Shown here piece after piece: positions 25,139 through 35,924 of a DNA stretch of 36,391 nt. Made by a program: the position numbers and the translations under genes. This DNA is from Jimgerdemannia flammicorona (Eukaryota): the NCBI GenBank assembly GCA_003990765.1, contig RBNJ01000221.1, positions 1-36,391 on the forward strand, in the 5' to 3' direction. Position 1 is the stretch's first letter. Each line of letters begins with the position of its first letter. The notes under the pieces were generated by a model. The model ran no database searches, was not told the origin of the DNA, and saw only the letters and a list, made by a program, of their open reading frames with translations.

Positions 25139-25741
25139 TAGACAAATATCTTGAGTTGGAGTAGTCAGACTGATGTAGCCTTTAATTCAGTTAGCTGCCT
25201 ACCTTTAGTGATAACATAGTATCCGTGTATTATCTATTGTCTCTTACCATCTTTAATATGCTGGAATTGAGAGATAATGTATATGTTGTTAATATGGTTT
25301 GACATCACTTGTTGGTAACCAATGCAAAATAAACTTTACGCGTTCGCGGTGAGTGTCAAGTTTGCGTAATATTTCAAGTAGATACTTAGTGCTGCAGGAG
25401 TGTCGACTTGCGAAAGGGGACGAAAGGGATTTGATTCCAAAATTTTCTTCAATCAATCCTTACATCAATTTGCTGAATATGGTACCTTGATGGGTGTGCC
25501 GTGACCGCAGGGCGCAAGCATCTGGAACAGGGCAGAAAACACATAACGCGAGCGTACAGTATCTTGAAAATATTTTGCAATATAGGCTTGTCTGTTGGCT
25601 ATCCAGGTGTGTATATGGTATGCGAGCAGGCGATCCACGTCAATGTTGGCTTGATCATACCAGAGATTATACAAAGAACCCGTCAGTAATCAGGCAGGTC
25701 AAAACAGTGTTGGCATCACAGCAGCTTTCATACTGTAAACA

Positions 25742-25909
25742 CTTCTTCTCATGGATTGCCAACACCCTTTCATACAACGGCTCTGCCTTGTCATACTTGC
25801 CCTGGCTGAAGTAGAGCCTAGTCCGGTTGTTCAGAGATATTGCCGTGTCCAGGTGCTCTTGCCCCAACACCTTCTCACGGATCATCAGCGCCCACTCATA
25901 CAGTGGCTT
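25742..25909 (-). pseudogene. Isolated fragment of kinesin-light-chain-type TPR repeats (as in NB-ARC/NACHT-TPR proteins)
   Basis: KPLYEWALMIREKVLGQEHLDTAISLNNRTRLYFSQGKYDKAEPLYERVLAIHEKK matches the 42-aa TPR consensus (ALAIREKVLGPEHPDTA.SLNNLA.LY..QGKY..AEPLY.RAL). Only ~1.3 repeats are present, with no upstream gene body. Confidence 0.85.
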
Positions 25910-26049
25910 GAATCCGGTTGTGATACCGGAATGGCAGTTCTGATTTCAGTAAAGGCGCTCACGGTTCTGGTGGGGATTTGATAAAAGGGGGGGTTTTTTT
26001 TTCAGAACAAGGTTGTTGACGACGTCACAGTATCGAATGAGATGCGGAA

Positions 26050-27528
26050 GTGTGGAATACAACAATTTAATGCAAAATATGCATAGGGATTTCCATTAAC
26101 CAGTAGTGCTAATGAAACTTTCTCAATCTAATTATAGTAGGACTCTGTATACATATGATTTACTTTACATTTCTGGTTTCACTTGCACAATACAATGTCA
26201 AATACAAATTGTCTGTATATTTGTATAGGTAATGGAAATTGCAGAAATATGACCATGATGTATCAACTATATAGGAAATGAGCTATCAAGATTTATACTG
26301 CTAATAATATACTTCAACTTCATACACTTATATTAAATCAACCAAAATGACACTGTAGTGATAATCTCAATTTTATTTATAATAATAGATACCTCTAATT
26401 AACTATAAGTTTACCTCAAAAAGACTGTCCAGTCTATACTCAACAAAGCCCACAGAGGGACTGTGGAATGATACATATTAATAGAAGATATATAATGTCA
26501 GATGAATAAATGTAGTATAATAAGATATTGATATATTACTAAAATATACACTATGATGGAAAAGCCAAGACAGAATTCTATAAGAGAACTTTTATCATTA
26601 ATACTCAAAATAAGTTTTCTAGTATAATGTCATTTACTCTTAATTATTATAAATAATCCAACTTCAGTTATATAATACAAAGCAGTAAAGAAGTTATTGA
26701 GCTTTATAATGAAACTATTTCTATTATTGATCTATATATATAATATAGTTGATAGAGCTAATAATCTGCTATATAATAGAGAAGAAGGATGATATAGATT
26801 AAAATAGATGTTTTAAAAGAAGCAGATACTATCAGTGAGATAGAGAGAGAAATAATAATACTATAAGTCCTATATAAAGCAAAAATTACCATAGTTTATT
26901 CTAACTATATATATTACAAAATATCTACAAACTCTCAATTACTAATCTACTATATAAGTTGGTAAAACCCACCTTACTCTCCTGATATATAATAATAGTA
27001 TTTATTAGTAATAGAGATATTGAGCACCTTCATCAGATAGGCAATAGTATTATAGTTGATCTTATGAATTATCTTGCTGAGTAATATAGAGATATAAATA
27101 AGAATATAATAAATATGAGATCATATTCTGCTATTTTGCCTAATATAGTAAACTAATATATACTATATAATATATACTACCTTAACCTCTCATTTTTCAT
27201 CCTTTCTTCTTAACCTTCTTCTATTATCTTTACTACTTTCCTATCTCTTCTCTCTCTCTTGTCAACTTATTTAAGAGGTTCTAGTTCCTATAAAACATTC
27301 TTTCAGACCTCAAAAACTAGACATCTATACTGTTAGTATATATAACTCTTACTCTCTCTCCTCTTCTGTCTAACTTCTTGTATATTATCATTGAATGAAA
27401 ATTTGCAATAAAGTAAGATTATCAGTATATCTGAGATAGAATATCTATACTAGATCACATTAGGCTATAGGTTGAAGAAGGAAATATATTATAGAATATG
27501 AGCAAGTATGTATGAGAATGTATTTTAA
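26050..27528. mobile_element. AT-rich, CpG-depleted decayed repeat DNA of unassigned family (similar composition resumes at ~32496-33740)
   Basis: It is TpA-rich and nearly CpG-free, like the MULE remnant. No motif was recognised. Confidence 0.4.
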
Positions 27529-27688
27529 TATAGCAAAGTATCTATCGAGTGACCAATTCAACAAAGTAGAAAAGGGGGGATTATGAAGCATAAAATATAG
27601 AATGTGTATAGGGGATAAAGTGGGGTAGGTTTGGCTATATGGAAGCATACACCTCCAAGGCCTGCCATTTGCATTAGCAAAAGGGGCC
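27529..27688. repeat. Split direct repeat B2 (160 bp; B1 at 28026-28185)
   Basis: Manual alignment shows no indels and 15 mismatches, 14 of them transitions. Confidence 0.95.
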
Positions 27689-27730
27689 TTCTTTTATTAT
27701 ATACTACTAAAAGGGGATGGGTGGGAGGGT

Positions 27731-28030
27731 TATGTGAATTGATTGTAAATACTAGTGACTAATTGCAACTTGGCATAGTATATACCTGACTAGCTGAGAT
27801 GTGACAAATACTCAGTCGCTGGACCGATTACATTGTTACTAACTCACATTAATAGTTGGTATATTTTTAAAACACCACTAGCTAAGTTATCTTTGGTATA
27901 GAAAGGGACAAGAAACTGCATGAAATGAGCTAAACTAAGTCCGCTAAGGGGAAATTGCATGATTGTTCCACATAATGTTAAGCGGCTCTTGGCCACTTTG
28001 CTGAAGTTTGAATTGTATTTATAACTATAT
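27731..28030. repeat. Split direct repeat A2 (300 bp; A1 at 32196-32495)
   Basis: Manual alignment shows no indels and 22 mismatches, all transitions. Confidence 0.95.
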
Positions 28031-28299
28031 CAAAGTGTCTATTGAGTGACCAATTCAATGAAGTAGAAAAGGGGGGATTATGAAGCATAAAATGTAGAAT
28101 GTGTATAAGGGATGAAGTGAGGTAGGTTTGGCTATATGGAAGCATATGCCTCCAAGGCCCACCATTTGCATTAGCGAAGGGGGCCAAAACTGCAGGCCTG
28201 GGAAGTGGTTTTAGGCTCTTAATGGTGCCATAAACCACTTATGGGCGAAATTCGGCCATTACCAGCCAAACCCATGACCCACTGAAGATCAGGTAGAGG

Positions 28300-29140
28300 G
28301 AGTCCTGCTAGTGTTGCCGTGGTTTTGGGGAGAATGTGGTCGAGGTGTCGAATGTAGTGGAGAAATACGGTGGATTTCCATTGACCAGCAAGTTGAATGA
28401 CATGATCAGGATAGCCCTCGGCTGCCAGAAGTGTGGCACCACCAATTCGAAAGGAGTGACCATAAATACCGACAGCTAGGGAGGTGCCCGTAAGCAGAGA
28501 TCAAATCGCTTCAATGAATGTAGATCGAGAAAGTGGTGGTCCAGGCCAAGGCAGAAGGCGGGGTCATGAGGTTGCACTGGGAGAATATGGACCATGTTGT
28601 CAATTGCAGTATATGGGCAATTGAAGGTGCCAGAGAAGCCAAGGAAGACATTGCCTGCTCCACCTGTTTTTGTTCGGGGAAGATGTAGAGTCCAGAATGG
28701 TCGAGAAAGGGTGTCATCCAGTCAGCGATGAAGATGGCAATGACAAATTTACCAATTTGGATTGAATACGGAGCCATCTCGAGTAGTAAATTCACCAACA
28801 CACATTAAGCCATAAAAAGCAGAGCATGCTGCTGCCCAAATAGTAGCACCAAAAGGAGTATCTATGTGGAGAGAAAGACAGATAGACTAGAGGTGTTGGC
28901 ACATAATAGGAAGCCAGTTGAGTAAACTGGAAGGTGGTGGGTGAGTCTGAATAGACTTCATAATGGTGTTGAAGAGGGGTAGAGAAAGGCACTGGAGTGG
29001 AGGACCACGCCAGTGAGCAACCTGATAGACTGCGAGATTATAGAAGTAGTTCTTGATAGTGGAGTAGGGCTTGCCATCTTAGACAAGCCAAAGAGCCCAA
29101 TAACTGAGTAATTCATCTTGAAGAGGGAAACCAGCGACCT
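28300..29140 (-). pseudogene. Tyrosine recombinase of the Ngaro element (disrupted)
   Basis: The catalytic region GIYGHSFRIGGATLLAAEGYPDHVIQLAGQWKSTVFLHYIRHL (~28470-28340) carries H-x-x-R, G(R)W and the Y nucleophile. The N-terminal part reads FPLQDELLSYWALWLV*DGKPYSTIKNY. Boundaries are approximate. Confidence 0.9.
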
Positions 29141-29299
29141 CTACAATATTGCAGGAGTTGAGAAATCAGTATAGAGAATTGGTGCCTGACCAGAAGTTAC
29201 CCATTCGAGTGTGGGTACATTAGTAGAGACAGGTGTCGAATTGATGGCGAAGCCAAAGAGGGATGTGATTAATGTAGGCAATGGGTTCTGGGGATATGG

Positions 29300-30860
29300 A
29301 GGGAGTATATAGCAAGATAAGGGGTCCACAGGGTTAGATGCTGAAGAGATGTAATGAGCTTGAATTTCGAATCCGATTTTGAGATGTAAGAGAATGATAC
29401 AACAAAGTAAGTTATTGACAAGAGGATGATGGCATGCCTGATTACTGGTCAACAATTTGACACAGGGCTAGCTATCACACTAGAGAATAATATGTTGAGA
29501 ATGAAACAAGGGGCCCCAGAGCACTAACGAGATCCAAATGGCAAACATTTCTTTCCAGAATATGTCATAGCCATTCAGATCTAAGAAGAAGGGAGCCCAA
29601 CAAGTACTCCACCAGTGTTGGCCCAGCAGGCCACTGGCACCAAGTGTCCCAGATGCATCTGTAAACAGACCACAATCGAGTCACTCAGAATGGTAGAGCA
29701 GGCAATGACCTGGCCATGAGTGTAGAATATCATACCACTACTGTAAGTCGGTGGCTAGTCGAGGAGGTGGAAAATGCTACCCCACATAGGGTGGTTTCCA
29801 AGAGAAAGCAAAGCGAATGATGCTGTTGCAAAACACCTTCCCATCTGGAAGTATTTGAACAATGTGTATAAGATGGCCTGAGAGTGATTGAGCTTCATGG
29901 TGTGAACGTGGACATAGATGGTATGATCGAGTCTACTGAGCCGGTATAAGCCATGATGCTAGTAAGGTGAGAATGCATGTGCGTTTCTTCATTGGGAGAC
30001 TAATCGTCATTATTGGAGTGTCGAGAATAAAGCCAACATACTCTATAGTTGGAGTAAGAGAAATATCTTTGGAGGGTTTGAGTGGGAGGCCGAATCGAGA
30101 TGCGGTAGCATGAAATTGATTATAGGAGGAGAACATGCTGGACGGAAGTGTGACATAGATAAAGTCATCAATGAAATGGCCCAAGTTAGAGAGATTGTAC
30201 AGTTGAATACAGATCCGGATAAAGAGGTCCATGAGAGATGTGAAGATAAAGGGAGCAGAGCAAAGACCAAAGGGGAGGAACATATTGAGGAAGAAAAGAC
30301 CAAGCCAGTAGATATCCTACATAGCCCAATTGGAGCAGTGTACTGAGATAGTGCAGAAGGCATCAGCCACATCAGCCTTCCAGAAGAGCGCAGTAGAGCC
30401 AACTGAGAGGAGAAGGAGAATGACAGCTTGAATGGACTGATACTGGATTGAGAACTTCTCAGGATTGATTCTGTCATTGACTGAACTCTCGTAGAGAAAG
30501 GATAGATGTTGTATAGTATGAAATTTGGACAAGTGCTTCTTAGGAATGGCACCGAGGGGTGCATTGCAAAAGGGACAGAATTCTGGTGGTATGGAGGAGA
30601 GAGATGAAAATGGGCCAAGATAGCGATCTGTAGCTAGCTCAGTGAGAATGTTGGTGGAGAGAACTTCTTGGTGCTGGTAAGCAGAGGTAAGGTTGTTGGA
30701 TATGAGGTCGATACAAAGCTCAGGGTGAGAGTGATTTCCATGCTGATAACCATGGTAGAGACCTGTTAGGTGGTACTGAATGAGTGATTGGTTTGGATGT
30801 GAATGCAGTACCCTTTTCCACTCCTTAATATGGTACAGGGTGGTTGGGTGACTAGAAGTG
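29300..30860 (-). pseudogene. Reverse transcriptase-RNase H of the Ngaro element (disrupted)
   Basis: RT motifs are GPFSS, PLGAIPKK, IQHLSF, SVNDRI, FWKADVADAF, LPFGLCSAPFIF, HFIDDF and EYVGFILDT. RNase H motifs are LFTDAS, IFWKEMFAI and HYISSASNPVDPLS. Confidence 0.92.
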
Positions 30861-30875
30861 GGGGGAATCAAGAGA

Positions 30876-32184
30876 TTAGCCATAGCGAGCAGAGCAAGCC
30901 AGGGCTGTGTGAGGTCCATAGCAGAAGAGGCATACATGCACTCGACCACAGTTTCGATAGGAGCAACCAGAGCTGACAGACTGAGCTTGCTGCACCATCT
31001 GGGTAGATAGGATCATCTGGCTTGGATGGGAAAGTAGGATGCTGGAGTGGGGTTTGGGTGCAGGAGCCAACGGCATGTCTCCGCACCCCACATCGAAAGT
31101 ACAAGAGGTTGGTGGATGAGACCAGTTTTGGGCCACCAGCCAGGTGGGCAGTTGATGAACTTCCCACCACATGAGATCCAGCATAGGAGAACGTAGAGCA
31201 ACATTAGTATGCTAAGGGTGCTGAGGAAGGTTGGCCGATGATTGTCTCAAATGTACAGCGAACCATATCTGGATTGCTGATGTCCAAGTCAGGGAAGGAG
31301 GCCTTGAGTGTATGAACTTGATGGTCAAAGCATTGAAGTACCACCCAGTCATAACAATCATTTATCACTTTAATGATAAAGATTGTGTGGGCAAGAAGTT
31401 GAGGAGCATGGGATGCATGCAAGGTCAATCGGGTGGTACCCAGAGCCAGTAGAGCACCTCGGATGTTAAAGATGGCTTCAAGCCACAGTGGTAGATCTAG
31501 GTTGTAGTCAGGCATGTATATATCTGCTTTTTTGTGGCTGCTTGATCATGAAATGAGAGCGCTGCTGGTCCATTTGGATAGAATCTGATAGTCACTCACA
31601 TCTAGTGATGCCAGCAAGTCGGGCAGTACCCAATTCCATCAAAGCACAGCATCCGAAATGAGAGACAAGGAAGACTCACCACTTTGCAGATTTGGTAGTA
31701 ATTGCGACATCAACCTTATCATGGGAGGTGGTGGCATAAAGGAGGCCATAGCTGAGGGAGGAGTAGTGGTCAGTAGAGGAATTGTCTGTAATAAGCCCAC
31801 TGGTAGCCCTGATACTGGCAGAGTAATTAAGTTGGGGCCTATTGGTATGATGGACAGATGTGTTGCAAGGTGCCCAACTAAAGTAAGAATTAAGCATTCA
31901 ATAAGGGTATCTTCAGCTTGCTCTCCAATAATCAGCTGAGGTAGAGGGTTGGAACTTAGATGGTGTAAGTTGAGATGCATAACTAGTGTGGCTTTTTGAC
32001 CTTCAACTGACAGATGATATTCACGACACAGTGTGACTAGCTGTTCTTTGCAATAAGCACATAGGCCAGATAGATTGGGAATGGGGGAGGGGTGAGGTTC
32101 ATGTAAGGGGACTAAGGGGGCAACTGGTCTTGGGGCTATAGCTGGTTCCAAAGGACCATGAGACTGAGTGCGAATTGGGGGTAT
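30876..32184 (-). pseudogene. Gag-like ORF of the Ngaro element with N-terminal SAP-like motif and C-terminal zinc finger (disrupted)
   Basis: The probable start has mutated ATG>ATA at 32184, in frame with ORF 31639-32151. The SAP-like motif is LSGLCAYCKEQLVTLCREYHLSVEGQKATLVMHL. The C-terminal GCSYRNCGRVHVCLFCYGPHTALAC is a Cys/His finger typical of DIRS/Ngaro Gag. Confidence 0.8.
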
Positions 32185-32195
32185 TGTGAATGTGG

Positions 32196-32495
32196 TATAT
32201 GAACTGATTGTAAATACTAGCGACTAATTGCAACTTAGTGTAGTATATACCTGACTAGCTAAGATGTGATGAATACTCAGTTGCTGGACTGATTACATTG
32301 TTACTAACTCACATTAATGGTTGGTATATTTTTAAAACACCACTAGCTAAGTTATCTTTAGCATAGAAAGGGACAAGAAACTGCATGAAATGAGCTAAAC
32401 TAAGTCCGCCAAGAGGAAATTGCATGATTGTTCTACATAATGTTAAGCGGCTCTCAGCCACTTTGCTAAAGTTTGAATTGCATTCATAACTATAT
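32196..32495. repeat. Split direct repeat A1 (5' terminus of the element)
   Basis: It is a 300-bp direct repeat of 27731-28030. Confidence 0.95.
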
Positions 32496-33880
32496 GACTA
32501 AAATAGTTATACTGATTATAGCTATAGAAATAAGATATGTGAGTTAAATAAAAGAATGACTCAGATGGTAGACTATGGTAAGAGTAATTATATTTGGCAG
32601 TGAGCCTAGAAATAAAGTTGAGACAAGATTCCATATTCATGTTTATATTGGTATCTTTGAGAAAGTAATAGAATATAGGACTATCTGTTAGTACATCAGT
32701 AGCTTAAATATATGTATCCCTTTGTCTGTAGATAAGATTGTCTTTTAAAATCATTTAGCAGACAAATTAAAGTTTGAAAAAAATGATTTTTTGAAACATT
32801 GTTTTTCTGTTAAAAATATATCTCAATTTGTTTAAAACCAACTTTTTTTTTTTTTATAAAATTTTTACCAATGGTAGAATTATTATATAAAATATTATTG
32901 ATAATTTTTTTTTTAAAAGCTATTATGATTTTAAAAGTTATAAACTTTTAAAATCTTGCCTCTAAATATAGGTGCAAAACAGTCAAAGAGATATGGAAGG
33001 AGGAGAGTAATTGTTAGAGAGAGAGATTATTGTGATCAGTCTTATAAAGAGAAGGGATCTATAGAGTCCAAGTTGTCATTGAGCTTAAGAATACTTTTGA
33101 GATTAGAAGTCAAGAATAGAAAATAATATAGTAAGAGAAAATAATATCTCTTAAGCTACTTTAACTAATTCTACTAATTTTTAGCTGATATATATATATT
33201 TATAAATAAGCAATCCCCATTCATAGTAATAGAGTTGGCCCTATATTAGCAGTTAGTATTACAATAGTACAAGAGATAGATAGCTTATAGAACAGCTTGT
33301 AGGTTATAGTTTGTAATAGTGATAAACTTTCCAGATCAGTACAGAGAGGCTACATGAAGTTTGAATATTCAAATTCTGTTTTTTTCTTTAGAGATTATTT
33401 TGTTACATAGATGACAAACAGTATTATTATTCTAAGATACTCTTAATAGTTCTAATAATAAATAGTATTATTATTAAGATCTATTAATAAATAGTATTGT
33501 CAATAAAGTAGTATTATTATTGGGGTACTCAGAGTTTTCTTGACCAAAGATCATATTTTCAAGAATATTAATATCCAAGTACTCTAATCAATCTACTTAT
33601 ACTCTATTTTTATAGTTTATAATTTTCATATACTTTATTTCCACTAGTTATCATATATCTCAAAGAGGAGAGGTAGGTTGAATTGATAAGTGCTTTTATA
33701 GCAAAGCCTGAAGAGTAGCATTATAGGATTGTGGATGCTGATTTTTTTTTTTTTTTTTTTGCAGTTATCAGCCAAATACTCATTGACCAAATGGCCTAGT
33801 GGCCGTTTCTCCAGTCTCAGATGATTTGATGATGTAATTCATATGCCAAGCCAAGTATAGTGTACAGTACTTATACCCAA

Positions 33881-34315
33881 CCTTTTTGCTACTCCTTTTT
33901 AATATACTTAATAAAACAAAAATAAAAATTATAAATTAATAGAACATTCTATCAAGTTTAATCTAATGAAGAGTTTTTTTTATTATTATATATAATATTT
34001 TAATAAAAGTAGTTTTTTTCACTATTTTATAATAGATATTGTGACTTACTAAGACTAGTCACAATTTTGGCCTTAAATTTAAGCACTTTACAAAGCCAAA
34101 TTAAAAATAAAAAAATTTGAAGTTACAAAATAAAATTGAATCATAATTTATGCTCAAATTTTTGTCACTTCTTTTTGCTACTTTTTCTTAATATATTTAA
34201 TAAAAAAATAATAAAAATCATAAATTGATAAAAAATCTTATAAAGTATAAAACTATGAAGAGTAATTTTTTAATTACTATATATAATATATTAATAAAAA
34301 CAGGTTTTTTACTTA
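33881..34315. repeat. Imperfect ~140-bp AT-rich direct repeat (33881-34020 vs ~34171-34315)
   Basis: Both copies begin ctttttgctact and share ...taataaaa...ataaatt...atgaagagt...tatatataatat...taataaaa. Confidence 0.7.
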
Positions 34316-34545
34316 TATTTATATTTTTTTTATATTTTTTAAATCCTTTCTCCTCTACATTAGTCATATTAAAAAATATTATTATTAGAAATATAATAGT
34401 AAATATTATCTACTTTACTTTTATGAAGAGTTTTTTTTTTAATTTTTTCTAATTATAGTAATATATAAATTTAAATTATATATAATTATGAGATACTGTG
34501 ACTAATAGACTAAGTACTTTTTTAAGGCCAAAATTGTGACCAGCC
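34053..34545. mobile_element. MITE-like inverted-repeat unit
   Basis: gtcacaattttggccttaaa (34058-34077) and tttaaggccaaaattgtgac (34521-34540) form a perfect 20-bp inverted repeat, extendable to 25 bp with 2 transitions. Extra copies of the motif lie at ~34550 and ~34780. No target-site duplication was found. Confidence 0.5.
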
Positions 34546-34941
34546 TTAATTTAAGGCCAAAATTATGCCAAATTTAAATAAAATAAACATTTCACATAAA
34601 TATAAATAACCTTATAAATATATCTCCAAATTTATTTATCTTTATTATGTTAGATTCCTGTACTAAATGTGGATGTAACAAGCTAAAGTACATTCAAATT
34701 GAATGTATATTAATAGAGTTATTAATGTTTTTGTGGTTATATCTATAGATAGGTCTATTTTCTCAAGTTGGCTTTCATTTAAAGCCAAAATTGTGATTGG
34801 CCTTTTGCTGAGCTGAATTCATTCCCAGTGTGACTCTACATTTTATTTCTAACTCAGCCATAAGATCATTTATCTGTCAATATTGTCAACAATCTTTCTT
34901 GATATCTTACAAAACTAAGATATATAATATATATATTTTTC

Positions 34942-35800
34942 TGAGATGAGTGATGGGAGATGAGATGAGTGATGGGAAATGAGATAGGTGATGGGAGATG
35001 GGTGATGGGAGATGGGCAATGGGTGATGGGAGATGGGCAATAGAAGATGAGATAAGTGATGGGAGATAGGAGACAAGACAGATAATAGGAGATAGGCGAT
35101 GAGAGATGGGCAATGAGAGATGAGATGAGCGATGGGAGACAAGATGAGTGATGAGAGACAAGCCAAGTGATGAGAGACAAGCTGAGCGATGGGAGACAAG
35201 ACAAGTGATGGGAGATGAAACAAGTGATGGGAGACAAGATGAGTGATGGAAGACAAGATGCCAATGAGAGATAAGACAAGCAATGGGAGATGAAACAAGT
35301 AATGGGAGATGAAACAAGTAATGGGAGATGAAATGAGCGATAGGAGATAAGATGGGCAATGGGAGATAGGCAATGGAAGATAGGTGTCTTGTCTCCCATC
35401 GCCCATCTTGTCTCTTATCGCTTGTTTCATCTCCCATCGCTCATTTTGTCTCCTATCACTTGTCTTGTCTCCTATTGGCATCTTGTCTCTCATTGCCCAT
35501 CTTGTCTCCTATTGCTCATTTCATCTCCCATCGCTCATCTTATCTCCTATTACTTGGCTCATCTCTCATCGCTCATCTCATCTCCCATTGCTTGTCTCAT
35601 CTTTCATCACCCATCTCCCATCACCTGTCTTGTCTCCCATCACTCATCTCATCTCCCATTACTCATCTTATCTCCCATTGCTTGTCTCATCTCCCATTGC
35701 TCATCTCATCTCCCATTGCTCATCTCATCTCCTATCGCTCATCTTGTCTTCCATTGTCCATCTCCCATCATCTGTCTCCCATTGCCCATCTCCTATCACC
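34942..35800. repeat. Foldback palindrome of GATGGGAGA(C/T)-type minisatellite units
   Basis: A purine-rich arm (34942-35384) is followed by its pyrimidine-rich reverse-complement-like arm (35388-35800), with a centre at tgt 35385-35387. Confidence 0.9.
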
Positions 35801-35924
35801 CTTTTAGATGATTTTACTAAATTATTAAATTTATATTTTTTAGTTATAACAAAATGCTAAGACTATCTAAACGATCTCAGTACTTACAAAGTTTAAAATA
35901 TCAAAAAAGTAAACTGGAAGAAGA

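Larger units (their letters stand above)
27529..32495 (-). mobile_element. Ngaro-type (DIRS order) tyrosine-recombinase retrotransposon, full-length, mutationally inactivated
   Basis: The minus-strand order is A1(32495-32196), gag, RT, RNaseH, YR, B1(28185-28026), A2(28030-27731), B2(27688-27529). This split-direct-repeat layout is typical of Ngaro elements. No DAM methyltransferase domain was recognised. Confidence 0.93.

Noticed and set aside
27731..32495. Interpreting A1/A2 as LTRs of a Ty3/Ty1 element
   Set aside because: No integrase or protease was seen and there are no TG...CA ends. A tyrosine recombinase and a second split repeat (B) are present.
33785..33860. tRNA gene
   Set aside because: An A-box-like motif is present, but there is no B box or cloverleaf.
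34942..35800. CRISPR-like or telomeric array
   Set aside because: There are no unique spacers or cas genes, the context is eukaryotic, and the units are irregular and not TTAGGG-like.
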